Source: Cyanobacteria bacterium auto_48_18
GTDB lineage: Bacteria > Cyanobacteriota > Vampirovibrionia > Obscuribacterales > Obscuribacteraceae
Reading direction: 5' to 3'
Assembly: GCA_036170915.1 (NCBI GenBank)
Contig: JAVHQC010000011.1
Span: forward strand, 185,315-219,166
DNA: 33,852 nucleotides
In this document: positions 8,575-16,986 of the stretch, piece after piece
How the letters are laid out: every line of letters starts with the position of its first letter
Numbering within the stretch: the first letter of the stretch is position 1
The notes under the pieces: model-generated
What the model saw: the letters and a program-made list of their open reading frames with translations, nothing else
Told to the model about the DNA's origin: nothing
Databases searched by the model: none
Program-made: the position numbers and the translations under genes

Positions 8575-9419
8575 TAGCGTCTACGTCCGCCCCATCCGCG
8601 TGAACCCATGGAAAATCCCGACGAGCGTCTGCCACCCCAGCCTGAACTGGTGGATGAGCGAGGGCTTGATGAGGAGCCGCTCAGGCCGCCCCAACTTCTT
8701 CTGCTAGTGGCGCTGCTATTGGTGAACGTGCCGCTGCCGAAGCCAGTTTTGCTGGTCAGGCCACCACCTTCTTTTGTTTTGAAGCGCGAGAAGAACCCTT
8801 GATTGGCTGTCTTTTGCTGAGCGTATTGTGGGCTCTGGCGCCAGGTGTTGCGATTGCCCATGAGACCACCATAGTTGGAATATGGCGTGGAGTAGCGACC
8901 ACCCCAACTACTCATCAAGTGAGACATCACCATCATTTGCACAAATGGATTATCGAGGATGCTGCGGTGACCTTCGTAGTAAGGTCGACCGTCATAACCG
9001 GCAACTCGATATGGCAACTCGTTATTGACTACAGGGCCTGTTTGCTCGATTGCAAAGAGCTTGTCGTCTCCAGATTGAAATCCGGTTTTTTTGTCTTTAT
9101 CAATGTAGCCGATTACTGTAAGGCGATCGTTCTCATGGGTGGCGTCGAGGGCCACGACCCCTTCGCCGTCATAAATTTCATTAACACGTTTTTCGAAGTC
9201 AGCCATTTTGCTGTTGAAGTCTTTCGCGCCTTTAGTTTCAAAAAAGGCCTTCTGGACTTCTTCTAAATTGATTTTCTGAGACGCGCCCTCAATTTCAGCC
9301 GACACATAGTGCTCTTTCACACGACTGGAAGTCGTGGAAGTTGAGCAGCTCGTGAGAGAAACTGAAGCACTCAGAACAGCCAGACTCAACACTACAGTGA
9401 GAGATTGCCAGCGTTTCAT
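8574..9419 (-). CDS. Lipoprotein with long Gly/Ser/Arg-rich C-terminal tail
   Basis: Signal peptide with lipobox LTS-C (Cys25); tail ...RRSWGGLSGSSSSPRSSTSSGWGGRRSSGFSMGSRGWGGRRR. Confidence 0.8.
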   Translation of the reverse strand: MKRWQSLTVVLSLAVLSASVSLTSCSTSTTSSRVKEHYVSAEIEGASQKINLEEVQKAFFETKGAKDFNSKMADFEKRVNEIYDGEGVVALDATHENDRLTVIGYIDKDKKTGFQSGDDKLFAIEQTGPVVNNELPYRVAGYDGRPYYEGHRSILDNPFVQMMVMSHLMSSWGGRYSTPYSNYGGLMGNRNTWRQSPQYAQQKTANQGFFSRFKTKEGGGLTSKTGFGSGTFTNSSATSRRSWGGLSGSSSSPRSSTSSGWGGRRSSGFSMGSRGWGGRRR

Positions 9420-9541
9420 TATTTAGAACCCCCATCATTGTTATTACGTACTATAACAACTCTATGAGCACAAGCTGTTGATATACATGATTCTTTTCTG
9501 GTTGAGAAATTTTGCCCAAATCTGACACCTTTCTTTGACGG

Positions 9542-9547
9542 TATAAT
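9542..9547 (+). promoter_or_regulatory. Putative -10 element (TATAAT) for the usp gene
   Basis: Perfect TATAAT 34 nt upstream of ATG 9582; GGAG RBS just before the start. Confidence 0.5.
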
Positions 9548-9581
9548 CGTCTTGTATGTTCAATTTTGAACCTGGAGTGTC

Positions 9582-10649
9582 ATGAGAATATTAGCTGCCG
9601 TAGACGGTTCAACCCAGTCTGAAGCCGCATTAGAAGCATTGGGAAGTTTTAAATGGGCTGCCGGTACTGAGATTGTTTTGTTTACTGTAATGAAAGCTGC
9701 CGAAATTCGTTTGCCTTTTGGTCGCAGAGCCCCAGATCAGGCTTCTGGTGCTGACAATAAAGCTTTTGTCAGTCAATCGCTGCAAAATATGGCCGCTCAG
9801 CTACAACAAAAATTGCCCGGCTGTCGAGTCAGTTTTGAGGTCGCCCACGGTGATGCCAAAACTGAGATTTTAAATGGAGCTAAGGCGCATGCCGCTGATA
9901 TGATTTTAATGGGCTCTCGCGGTCATCGCGGCATGGAGCTAATGTTACTTGGCAGTGTTTCTCAAGCAGTTTTGATGCAGGGGCAGTGCCCCGTTGTAAT
10001 CGTCAAAAGTGAAGCCACGGAGGCCCCGAACAGCGCTCCTGACCTGGCCCACGGCTTTAAGAACGTCCTGATCACAGTGGACAATTCACCTTATTCAAGA
10101 GCGGCTCTGATGTGGGCAAAAACATTAGAATGGCCGAGTGATACCCGCTTTAAGTTAATTACTGTGGTCACCCCAGTTACAGATGCTTTCGCTTTAGAAG
10201 AGAACGCTGCGCGCGCCGGAATGATAATTCGCGAGCACGATTCCTTGCATGCCATTGCCAGGACTGAACTCGAAGAAATGGCCACTGAATTAGTCGACAT
10301 CGTAGGACCAGGGCGTGTAACCACCCAGGTTGGTGAGGGCGATCCGCGCGAAGTGATTTTGCACACAGCCGGAGCGTGGGGTGCCGATTTGATTGTGATG
10401 GGTTCTCATGGGCGCACAGGTTTGACCAAACTTTTTCTCGGCAGCGTTTCACACGCTGTGGCAGTGCATGGTTATTGTTCAGTGGCAATTGTCAAAGGCA
10501 TTGTGCCTAAAGGTCAAGGCTTAAGGCAGCAAACCACTGGTATGTTCAAATTGCCCGACATGAAAGAGATAGAACTGAAGCTGCCACCATTGCCGGACAC
10601 TTCAAACCGCCCTGATTCGCCCCATGTTCCGCCGGGCGGCATGATGTGA
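9582..10649 (+). CDS. Universal stress protein with two tandem USP domains and Pro-rich tail
   Basis: Domain 1 ILAAVDGS...GDAK.EIL...ADMILMGSRG.RG...LLGSVSQAV...CPVVIVK; domain 2 NVLITVDNS...GDPREVIL...ADLIVMGSHGRTG...FLGSVSHAV...CSVAIVK. Confidence 0.95.
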   Translation: MRILAAVDGSTQSEAALEALGSFKWAAGTEIVLFTVMKAAEIRLPFGRRAPDQASGADNKAFVSQSLQNMAAQLQQKLPGCRVSFEVAHGDAKTEILNGAKAHAADMILMGSRGHRGMELMLLGSVSQAVLMQGQCPVVIVKSEATEAPNSAPDLAHGFKNVLITVDNSPYSRAALMWAKTLEWPSDTRFKLITVVTPVTDAFALEENAARAGMIIREHDSLHAIARTELEEMATELVDIVGPGRVTTQVGEGDPREVILHTAGAWGADLIVMGSHGRTGLTKLFLGSVSHAVAVHGYCSVAIVKGIVPKGQGLRQQTTGMFKLPDMKEIELKLPPLPDTSNRPDSPHVPPGGMM

Positions 10650-10677
10650 TCTAGATTTCTTAGTCTATGCAAATTGG

Positions 10678-10767
10678 CTATTTGGCCATCACCACTTGAT
10701 AGACCAGCACAACAGCGACAATCAAAATTAGAATCAGAGCCTTGGCTATGGAAAACATGCGTTCCAT
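10678..10767 (-). CDS. Putative 29-aa single-pass membrane peptide (MERMFSIAKALILILIVAVVLVYQVVMAK), not in the ORF track
   Basis: ATG begins 4 nt after the stop of 10772-12754; GGAG about 13 nt upstream; continuous hydrophobic helix; fills the gap to the convergent usp gene. Confidence 0.55.
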   Translation of the reverse strand: MERMFSIAKALILILIVAVVLVYQVVMAK

Positions 10768-10771
10768 TTTG

Positions 10772-12754
10772 CTAACGGTTCTCCGGCGCGTCTTCGGCCT
10801 TGCTGTTTTCCAGGGCGTCCAATATTGCCGCGCGCCTGATATGAGCTGACTTATCGTCTTTTAGCTTATTGACCTGATGGTAAATGTCGGACGTAACCAG
10901 AGGGATAAATCCGAGTTCAGAAGCTTTGAATACCGAGTGAGTACCTTTATAAACTTTTTCGGCTGTGCCACCAGCCTCCAGACCGGCCAGACCTTTTGGC
11001 GCAAATTCTAAACCGCCTTTGCTACCACGCAGTGCTTTCCAGCCGCCAGCTGCCAGGCCGACGCTGACATCAGTGAGAAAATAAACTGAGCGAGCGGTGT
11101 TGACATACTGACCGGCGTCCGATTCTCTGGCGCCGGCATTGTTGAATATCCCTGCACCACCCACAGTGGCACGCAGGGAGCCTTTCAATACTTGCTTGGT
11201 TAGATTTTGCTCTACCCCTTTTCTCAGGGCGAGCTCGGTGGCTACCTGAGCGACACGAGCCGCCTTGAAAGCCGCTGCCACTTCAATGGTGCCTGTTGCC
11301 ACCATGCCTACGTCTAGTGCGGTCATCAAACCCTTTTCGCCAAAATGTTTTGTCATTTCCCAGCGGCGGTGACTGCTCAAGTCTTGCGCTTTCATAGTTT
11401 CATAACCATCGGCGGTGCGCACAACAACTTGTTCTTGCGGGTCAAAAGTGCGCTGGATAGTTAGTTTCTTGCCCACATTGTCAACGCCGACCATGTTCTG
11501 GTAGCTCCACCACTGAGCTTCTTGCGCTTGTATTTCTTGTGTGACGACTATTTTGTTATCTTTCTCAGTGATGTTGAAGCGGCTTTCTAAAAGATTGATG
11601 TCGCGCAGATTTTCGCCGGCTTTAGCAGGGCTGCCTTTCGCCGCCAGACCAAGTAGATTGCCGTCGGCATCAAATCTCCCCTGCATGCCTCGCATCTCTG
11701 TGTCACCCCAGCTGATGGCACGCTCGGGCCTTTTGTCAAAAGTGCGCAGCTGGGTTAGAACCGGTTGTAATTCAGCCTTACGGTCAATGATCCATTTGTC
11801 CATGGAGTCCATTCTTTTCTTCTCAGCAGCATTCAGTTCCCAGTGCTGAGGTAAATTGAGGTCGATGCGGCTTATTTTTCCTTGCTGATCGCGCTCGATT
11901 GTTGCGCCACCAGGGGTGGTGTTGGTAAATTTGTTGCCAGTGGCCTTATTCAGCTCGTCTATCACTTCAATATAAGTGCGGGTGCTTAAGGCCGTATTCA
12001 CGAGCTTCCCGGTGGAAGCTCGCCAGGCATTGCGATCAGTGTCAATATTTTCGGTCCAGCCCTTAGGCAAACCATTTTGCCGAATAGTGGCGGTGAGCTG
12101 ACTATCTACATTTTGCAAAAGGGCAGTTTCTAATGGCTTGATGCGCTGTTCGGAACGCTGTACCCATTCGATGGCGGCGTCTAGGCGCATCATCTGATTG
12201 TCATCCGGCGGATTTTTTGGATTGACTTTGAGGTCAATTTTTCCTTCCAGATTTAATTTCGCTTCAGTACTTTTCGCATCGGCTGCCGGAAGTCCATAAG
12301 CTTTTAAGCGGCCCACTTCGCCTGGAATTGCTTTAGTCTCCAGCCAGTTAACATACTCGGAGTAAGCCTTGCTGGTGGCAGGACCGAATTCACCACGTGC
12401 CATCTCGGCTTTGATCTCTACCTGTCTGGTTTTTAATTCTTGTGCTTGTTTGGGCTCGAGTTTTGACGTGCCGGTTTCGGCTGTAGTTGACATTACAGCT
12501 GGTAGCAAATTGTGCAAAGTCATTTGCAAATAGCCGAGCCGCATACGATCGTTTTCGGCTCTGGCAGCAGCTTCAGGGTCAGCTTCCAGCTTACTTTCTG
12601 TTTTGGTTTCAGCTTTTAATTCTGTTTTTGTCTCAGGCTTAGTTTCTGATTTTATATCAGGTTTTTTTCCGCACAGAGCTTCGTGAATCAGCGCGCTGCC
12701 ATTGCACGTAGTATCGCTTTTATCATCGGTATTGAGTGCGCGGCCTTCTACCAT
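10772..12754 (-). CDS. Large orphan protein (660 aa) with ETK-type repeats near the N-terminus and Gly/Ala-rich hydrophobic C-terminal helices
   Basis: ATG overlaps the upstream stop (ATGGTAG, 12748-12754); no signal peptide; repeat KSETKPETKTELKAETKTESK; hydrophobic GLMTALDVGMVATGTIEVAAAFKAA and VSVGLAAGGWKAL. Confidence 0.75.
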   Translation of the reverse strand: MVEGRALNTDDKSDTTCNGSALIHEALCGKKPDIKSETKPETKTELKAETKTESKLEADPEAAARAENDRMRLGYLQMTLHNLLPAVMSTTAETGTSKLEPKQAQELKTRQVEIKAEMARGEFGPATSKAYSEYVNWLETKAIPGEVGRLKAYGLPAADAKSTEAKLNLEGKIDLKVNPKNPPDDNQMMRLDAAIEWVQRSEQRIKPLETALLQNVDSQLTATIRQNGLPKGWTENIDTDRNAWRASTGKLVNTALSTRTYIEVIDELNKATGNKFTNTTPGGATIERDQQGKISRIDLNLPQHWELNAAEKKRMDSMDKWIIDRKAELQPVLTQLRTFDKRPERAISWGDTEMRGMQGRFDADGNLLGLAAKGSPAKAGENLRDINLLESRFNITEKDNKIVVTQEIQAQEAQWWSYQNMVGVDNVGKKLTIQRTFDPQEQVVVRTADGYETMKAQDLSSHRRWEMTKHFGEKGLMTALDVGMVATGTIEVAAAFKAARVAQVATELALRKGVEQNLTKQVLKGSLRATVGGAGIFNNAGARESDAGQYVNTARSVYFLTDVSVGLAAGGWKALRGSKGGLEFAPKGLAGLEAGGTAEKVYKGTHSVFKASELGFIPLVTSDIYHQVNKLKDDKSAHIRRAAILDALENSKAEDAPENR

Positions 12755-14727
12755 ACTTCACCAAACTTGGCTCTGGCTGGGTCGCCAGGCCCTTGATGCT
12801 GCACCATCCATGAAAGGGCTGCCGAACCAATAATCGCTACTCCGAGAGCTGCGCCTCGAGCTTCACCACGCATTGTCTTGCGCAAATGACTGATTAGATC
12901 GGCTTTCCATGGCTCATTGCCGGCCTTGGTTAACTCTCTTTCGGCAAACTGCAAGGCACGCTTTTGATGGCTCTCCTCAGGTGTGAGCTGGCCTTTCTTT
13001 TCTAAGGCGATGCGCTCTTCACGTAACTTTTGCACCTCAGATGCAGAAAGCGGAACAAAGTTCTTTTCTGTTTGCGACAGATTGCTGGCCGCATTTTCTA
13101 GTGATCCCATATTTGGTGCTGGTTTATCCCAACGGCTTTTCGGTTGTTCGTTATTGTTTGCAGCTACCGGCCGTTCTTTAACCTCTATTACAGGTTCTGG
13201 CAGCACTTTACGTATTTCCGGTACCACTACTGGCTTGACCACTTCTGCTGGCTTAACTACTTCTGGCTTCACCACTTTCGGTTCATTTGGTACCACGTCT
13301 TCCACCATGCTGCGCAGCGATGGCACTTTACCGCTGGCCAGACGTTCTACTACCCGCCCGTAAAGAGGCCGCTCAACACCTGCTCCACCGGCTGAATAAG
13401 CGTTGCGATTTTCTTCAATCTTTTGCAAAATTTTCACGGCCGACATTTCACCGCGTTCAATTTTCTTTTGCACGCTTCCAGGTAGGCTGCTAATAAATTC
13501 CTGCATCTTGGCGGGATTATTGCGCACCATTATCAGTTTGTTAACTTCACTTCTGAAGACCTCAGCTGCATCACCGCCTGTGATGACATATTTACTTTCT
13601 GATTTTGAGTCAGGCATAACGTCAGCGACAAGTTGACCGCTCTTATCAATCATAATGCGGTTGCCTTCACCCAGATTGACGTGAGTTTTACCGTCAGCCG
13701 GCTGGGGGCCCCTTGGATAAGCTTGCGCAATTGCATCTTCAACAATGACTTTGGCGGCGTTGCGGTGGAAAGCTTCAGAAAGCTTGCTGGACTTTTCTCT
13801 TACTGTGAAACTGAGCGCCTGCTCCACTGTTTGAGCAAAAGACCGGTGATCTGAAGCCGAGCGAGAGTCGCCGTTGCGCGATAAATCACTGGCTTTATCA
13901 CTCGCCCATTGACTCACTGCCTTAATTTCAGCAATTTCTTTTGGGTTCGAATTGGTTTCGCCTTTGCCGTCGGGCACTCGCGCATAGGCTAGAGGTGATG
14001 GCAGGGGAAAATCTTTCAAATTAAACGGGGCCGGTCTAGACGTGAGCTCGGCGACTTGAAAGCGGAAGTCTTCGGCGAAAGTTTTGATTCGATCTCGCAT
14101 TACCGGGTTTTCGTGATCGGTTTTGAGATTGCCGCTCATTTTGTCGAACCAGGAGGAAAGTGCGTCTACAACGCCGTCTTGGCGCAGTGCCGGTACGTTG
14201 TTTTTAGATCCTTCTCCGGCTCTAAGCATTTCACCGGTTTTGGGATCAAGCCTGCGTGATGAGGGATCAAGGAAAATAATATCGCCGGTTTTTCTATTGA
14301 CCAGAACAATGTCGGCACCGATTTTGTCGAGTGGAGACTTATCTTGAACAGGTAGCGCTTCCCAGCCCTGTTTATCAAGACCCTGCCTTTTCAGCTCTTC
14401 AACGGTCAATTTATAGACGCCATTTTGGGTGTCAGCACCACCATCTTTGCTGTTGGCAATATTGGAGCTGCGTATGGCGTTTTCGTTAGCACGCCACGAA
14501 TCTAGCATCTTCAGCTGTTCTGCCGTCAAAACTGTGTTGTCGGCGGCAATTGTGCCTCTAGCTTCTATTTGATCGCCGGCTACCTGGGGTTTTCCAGCTA
14601 GTGCGTCCTGACTCAATTTACTTTGAGCGTCTTTGGCCTGATCACCAGCAGCTTCAGGGCCGCCAGCAACAGCATCCGCCCGAGTGGTGGATGGAGAATA
14701 TTCGGTAATTTCGCCCGGTTTTGCCAT
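12748..14727 (-). CDS. Large orphan protein (~659 aa) with PD-(D/E)xK-like segment, VVKP repeats and C-terminal transmembrane helix
   Basis: Start moved to ATG 14727 (GGAGG RBS immediately upstream). Segment LDKIGADIVLVNRKTGDIIFLDPS; EPKVVKPEVVKPAEVVKPVVVPE; C-terminal GAALGVAIIGSAALSWMV. Confidence 0.75.
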   Translation of the reverse strand: MAKPGEITEYSPSTTRADAVAGGPEAAGDQAKDAQSKLSQDALAGKPQVAGDQIEARGTIAADNTVLTAEQLKMLDSWRANENAIRSSNIANSKDGGADTQNGVYKLTVEELKRQGLDKQGWEALPVQDKSPLDKIGADIVLVNRKTGDIIFLDPSSRRLDPKTGEMLRAGEGSKNNVPALRQDGVVDALSSWFDKMSGNLKTDHENPVMRDRIKTFAEDFRFQVAELTSRPAPFNLKDFPLPSPLAYARVPDGKGETNSNPKEIAEIKAVSQWASDKASDLSRNGDSRSASDHRSFAQTVEQALSFTVREKSSKLSEAFHRNAAKVIVEDAIAQAYPRGPQPADGKTHVNLGEGNRIMIDKSGQLVADVMPDSKSESKYVITGGDAAEVFRSEVNKLIMVRNNPAKMQEFISSLPGSVQKKIERGEMSAVKILQKIEENRNAYSAGGAGVERPLYGRVVERLASGKVPSLRSMVEDVVPNEPKVVKPEVVKPAEVVKPVVVPEIRKVLPEPVIEVKERPVAANNNEQPKSRWDKPAPNMGSLENAASNLSQTEKNFVPLSASEVQKLREERIALEKKGQLTPEESHQKRALQFAERELTKAGNEPWKADLISHLRKTMRGEARGAALGVAIIGSAALSWMVQHQGPGDPARAKFGEVW

Positions 14728-14790
14728 CCGGCCTCCACACGCTACATTTTTATATACCCGTGCCGGGCCTTTTCTGGACAAGACCTCTGC

Positions 14791-14813
14791 AAAAAAAAGC
14801 CTGAAGCCAGGCT
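14791..14813 (-). terminator. Rho-independent terminator after the 358-aa gene
   Basis: Minus strand AGCCTG-GCTT-CAGGCT hairpin running into a T8 tract. Confidence 0.7.
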
Positions 14814-14878
14814 ATTGGCGCCAGATTTAAGGTTGCAACCCGCAGTTAGTTGTCAAGTGAATTGTCGTTTGATTTGGG

Positions 14879-15955
14879 TCAAGCAGCCTGGGGTGGATGT
14901 TTGCGCAGAACAACCGCACGCACAATGACGTCGATGCGGTCCATCAGTTGAATGTCTTTTTCTTTGTCAGTGGGGAACAGTTCACTGTTGAGCTGGTGCA
15001 GCCTTTGCAGCAGGTGTAACTGCGGATATGACTTACCGAACATTTGCATTTCACACCAGGCGACCCTTGAAAGGGTGCGCTCATGGGGTGATGGCGCATT
15101 CGGTCTGGCGGCATCAGCCAGCTGTTGCTCGATCATTTTCTTCCGTGCCGCAGCACCCGGATCTTCGTCGTCGAGGTCGTAACTGCCCACAGGGCTTGTC
15201 ATTGCCATGGGGTTGAGGGGCAATGGCCCGCTGGCCATGTTGCGCAAACCGCGCACAAAAGGATTGGCGTCGTTAATGGCCGGGCTCCCCATGGATCCAC
15301 CCTTGCCTTCCATTTGAGGATTTACTGCCAGAGCAGCCTGGGGTTTAATATGCAATTTCACCTGAGCATACTGGTCAAGTGCGTCGGTGCGGGCCGACAG
15401 GTCATCACTGTGCGACTGATTGCCAAAAACTTTCAGCTCCATGCGATTAAGCCTCGTTACCAGAGGCTGAGTCGGATAGCTCTGTCCCAGAATCTCACTT
15501 TCCAATGCCGTCACCCGAGGATAGTTACCCGGCGATTGCAAGGACACATCAGTACCATTAGTACTATTAGTACTAGATGCTGTTGGAGGCGCTTCATTAT
15601 ATGAGCTTTTGGTCTTCGGAGCCGCCGCTGTTACTGTAGGCACGCCCACAGCAGCCACAATTTGGGCTGTGCGAGTATCTGCGCTACCCGAATTTGTGGC
15701 ACCAAAAATGAAATTCTCCAGCCTGTCGAGCCGCTTGTCGATGGTTTCACCTTCAAAATGACGTTCAAAATATTTGCTTTCGTAGGCTCTAATTTCGGCT
15801 GTCACCGCGACGGTATCACTGCCCTTTTGCTGGGCAGCCGCTTTTGCCGCAGGAGATTGCGCGTGGGCAAAATTGCCGTTCAATATGGACGCGGTCAGGA
15901 CAAGCAGAACCAAAGGGACGTGCATCAAGCTACTCCAGCGAAAACTAGAAAACAA
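14879..15955 (-). CDS. Exported protein with three copies of a helical repeat domain
   Basis: Signal peptide ending AHA-Q (alternative start ATG 15925). Repeats AYESKYFERHFEGETIDKRLDRLENFIFG / ALESEILGQSYPTQPLVTRLNRMELKVFG / WCEMQMFGKSYPQLHLLQRLHQLNSELF. Confidence 0.75.
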   Translation of the reverse strand: MFSSFRWSSLMHVPLVLLVLTASILNGNFAHAQSPAAKAAAQQKGSDTVAVTAEIRAYESKYFERHFEGETIDKRLDRLENFIFGATNSGSADTRTAQIVAAVGVPTVTAAAPKTKSSYNEAPPTASSTNSTNGTDVSLQSPGNYPRVTALESEILGQSYPTQPLVTRLNRMELKVFGNQSHSDDLSARTDALDQYAQVKLHIKPQAALAVNPQMEGKGGSMGSPAINDANPFVRGLRNMASGPLPLNPMAMTSPVGSYDLDDEDPGAAARKKMIEQQLADAARPNAPSPHERTLSRVAWCEMQMFGKSYPQLHLLQRLHQLNSELFPTDKEKDIQLMDRIDVIVRAVVLRKHPPQAA

Positions 15956-16031
15956 ATCACAGATTACAGATCACAAGAAATATTACTTGAGCCTGGCGGT
16001 GCGAAACGAAAAAAAATAATAGTTTTAAGTA

Positions 16032-16679
16032 TCAGCTATATGCCTGAGAGCGCAGCAGTTTGAATTGCCGTACCTGATCGTCGCGGCCGGTGGCATAGGC
16101 ATGATTGAGATGGAAGTCGATAACTTTGAGTGCGTCTAGTTTCTGGTTGCTGCCGAAGCAAGCTCGCACGCGCATCTTTCCTAATTTGAAACTTAGTTCA
16201 GAAGATGGGTCGGTATGATCTACCAGTCTCTCAGCCAGATCCAGTGATTTAATTGCCAGATCAAATTTACCTTCAGCCAGATATTCATCTACGCTCAATA
16301 CTAAAGAACGCAAGCGATAATCGCGTCTAAGTGCCACGAGAGCTAAAAAATCGGTTTTAAATTCTTGAGTGATACCACGTTTTTCTTGCTCGCCTATGGC
16401 GCAGGCAAGCAGGTCTTTTACTTCAGGATGGGCCATGCCAAGCTCTATCGCTCGATTCAAATCTTGCACGCAGAGAGCGAATGCGCAGAGCCCGAGATAG
16501 GCTTTGGCACGCATAAATCGATATTGTGCTTGTTGCGGATGGCGCTCAATGAGCAAAGTAAAATTGTGTGCCGCTGTAACGTAATTCGCCTGTTCAAGCG
16601 CCTCTCGACCATTGATAAAGGCCAGTGAGTCGGTATGGTCAAAGCCAAAAGCTTCTGTAGAATCTGTAAACTGCCCCAT
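16032..16679 (-). CDS. TPR-like helical repeat protein
   Basis: GREALEQANYVTAAHNFTLLIERHPQQAQYRFMRAKAYLGL...QDLNRAIELG; second helical region EYLAEGKFDLAIKSL. Confidence 0.72.
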   Translation of the reverse strand: MGQFTDSTEAFGFDHTDSLAFINGREALEQANYVTAAHNFTLLIERHPQQAQYRFMRAKAYLGLCAFALCVQDLNRAIELGMAHPEVKDLLACAIGEQEKRGITQEFKTDFLALVALRRDYRLRSLVLSVDEYLAEGKFDLAIKSLDLAERLVDHTDPSSELSFKLGKMRVRACFGSNQKLDALKVIDFHLNHAYATGRDDQVRQFKLLRSQAYS

Positions 16680-16986
16680 AGTCAGCGATCACCCAGGCAA
16701 GTTCGAGGAAAATTTTTGATTGTCGTACTAAGTGCGGGATGCCAAGTGCTAATTTCATCTTAGCAAAGATGCCCCAATAGCGTGGCAAAACGCCGTTCTG
16801 GCTTTGCTAAACAAAAACTCATCTGTCGGGTTTATTATCAGCAGTGTTGGCAGATCCTATTTCTGACCTTGAGGTCTTTTAGTTGCGCAAAGCCAGGTGA
16901 GCTGCCTCTAATGGAACCTTGAGGCCCCTCAGTCATACTGACATCAAATCGCATTTTGCTAAACCACACAGGAATAAATCGAAATC

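Noticed and set aside
16780..16910. c-di-GMP-I riboswitch suggested by GGCAAA ... GCAAAGCC
   Set aside because: The two motifs are about 100 nt apart with no GNRA-capped P2 stem between them; spacing does not fit.
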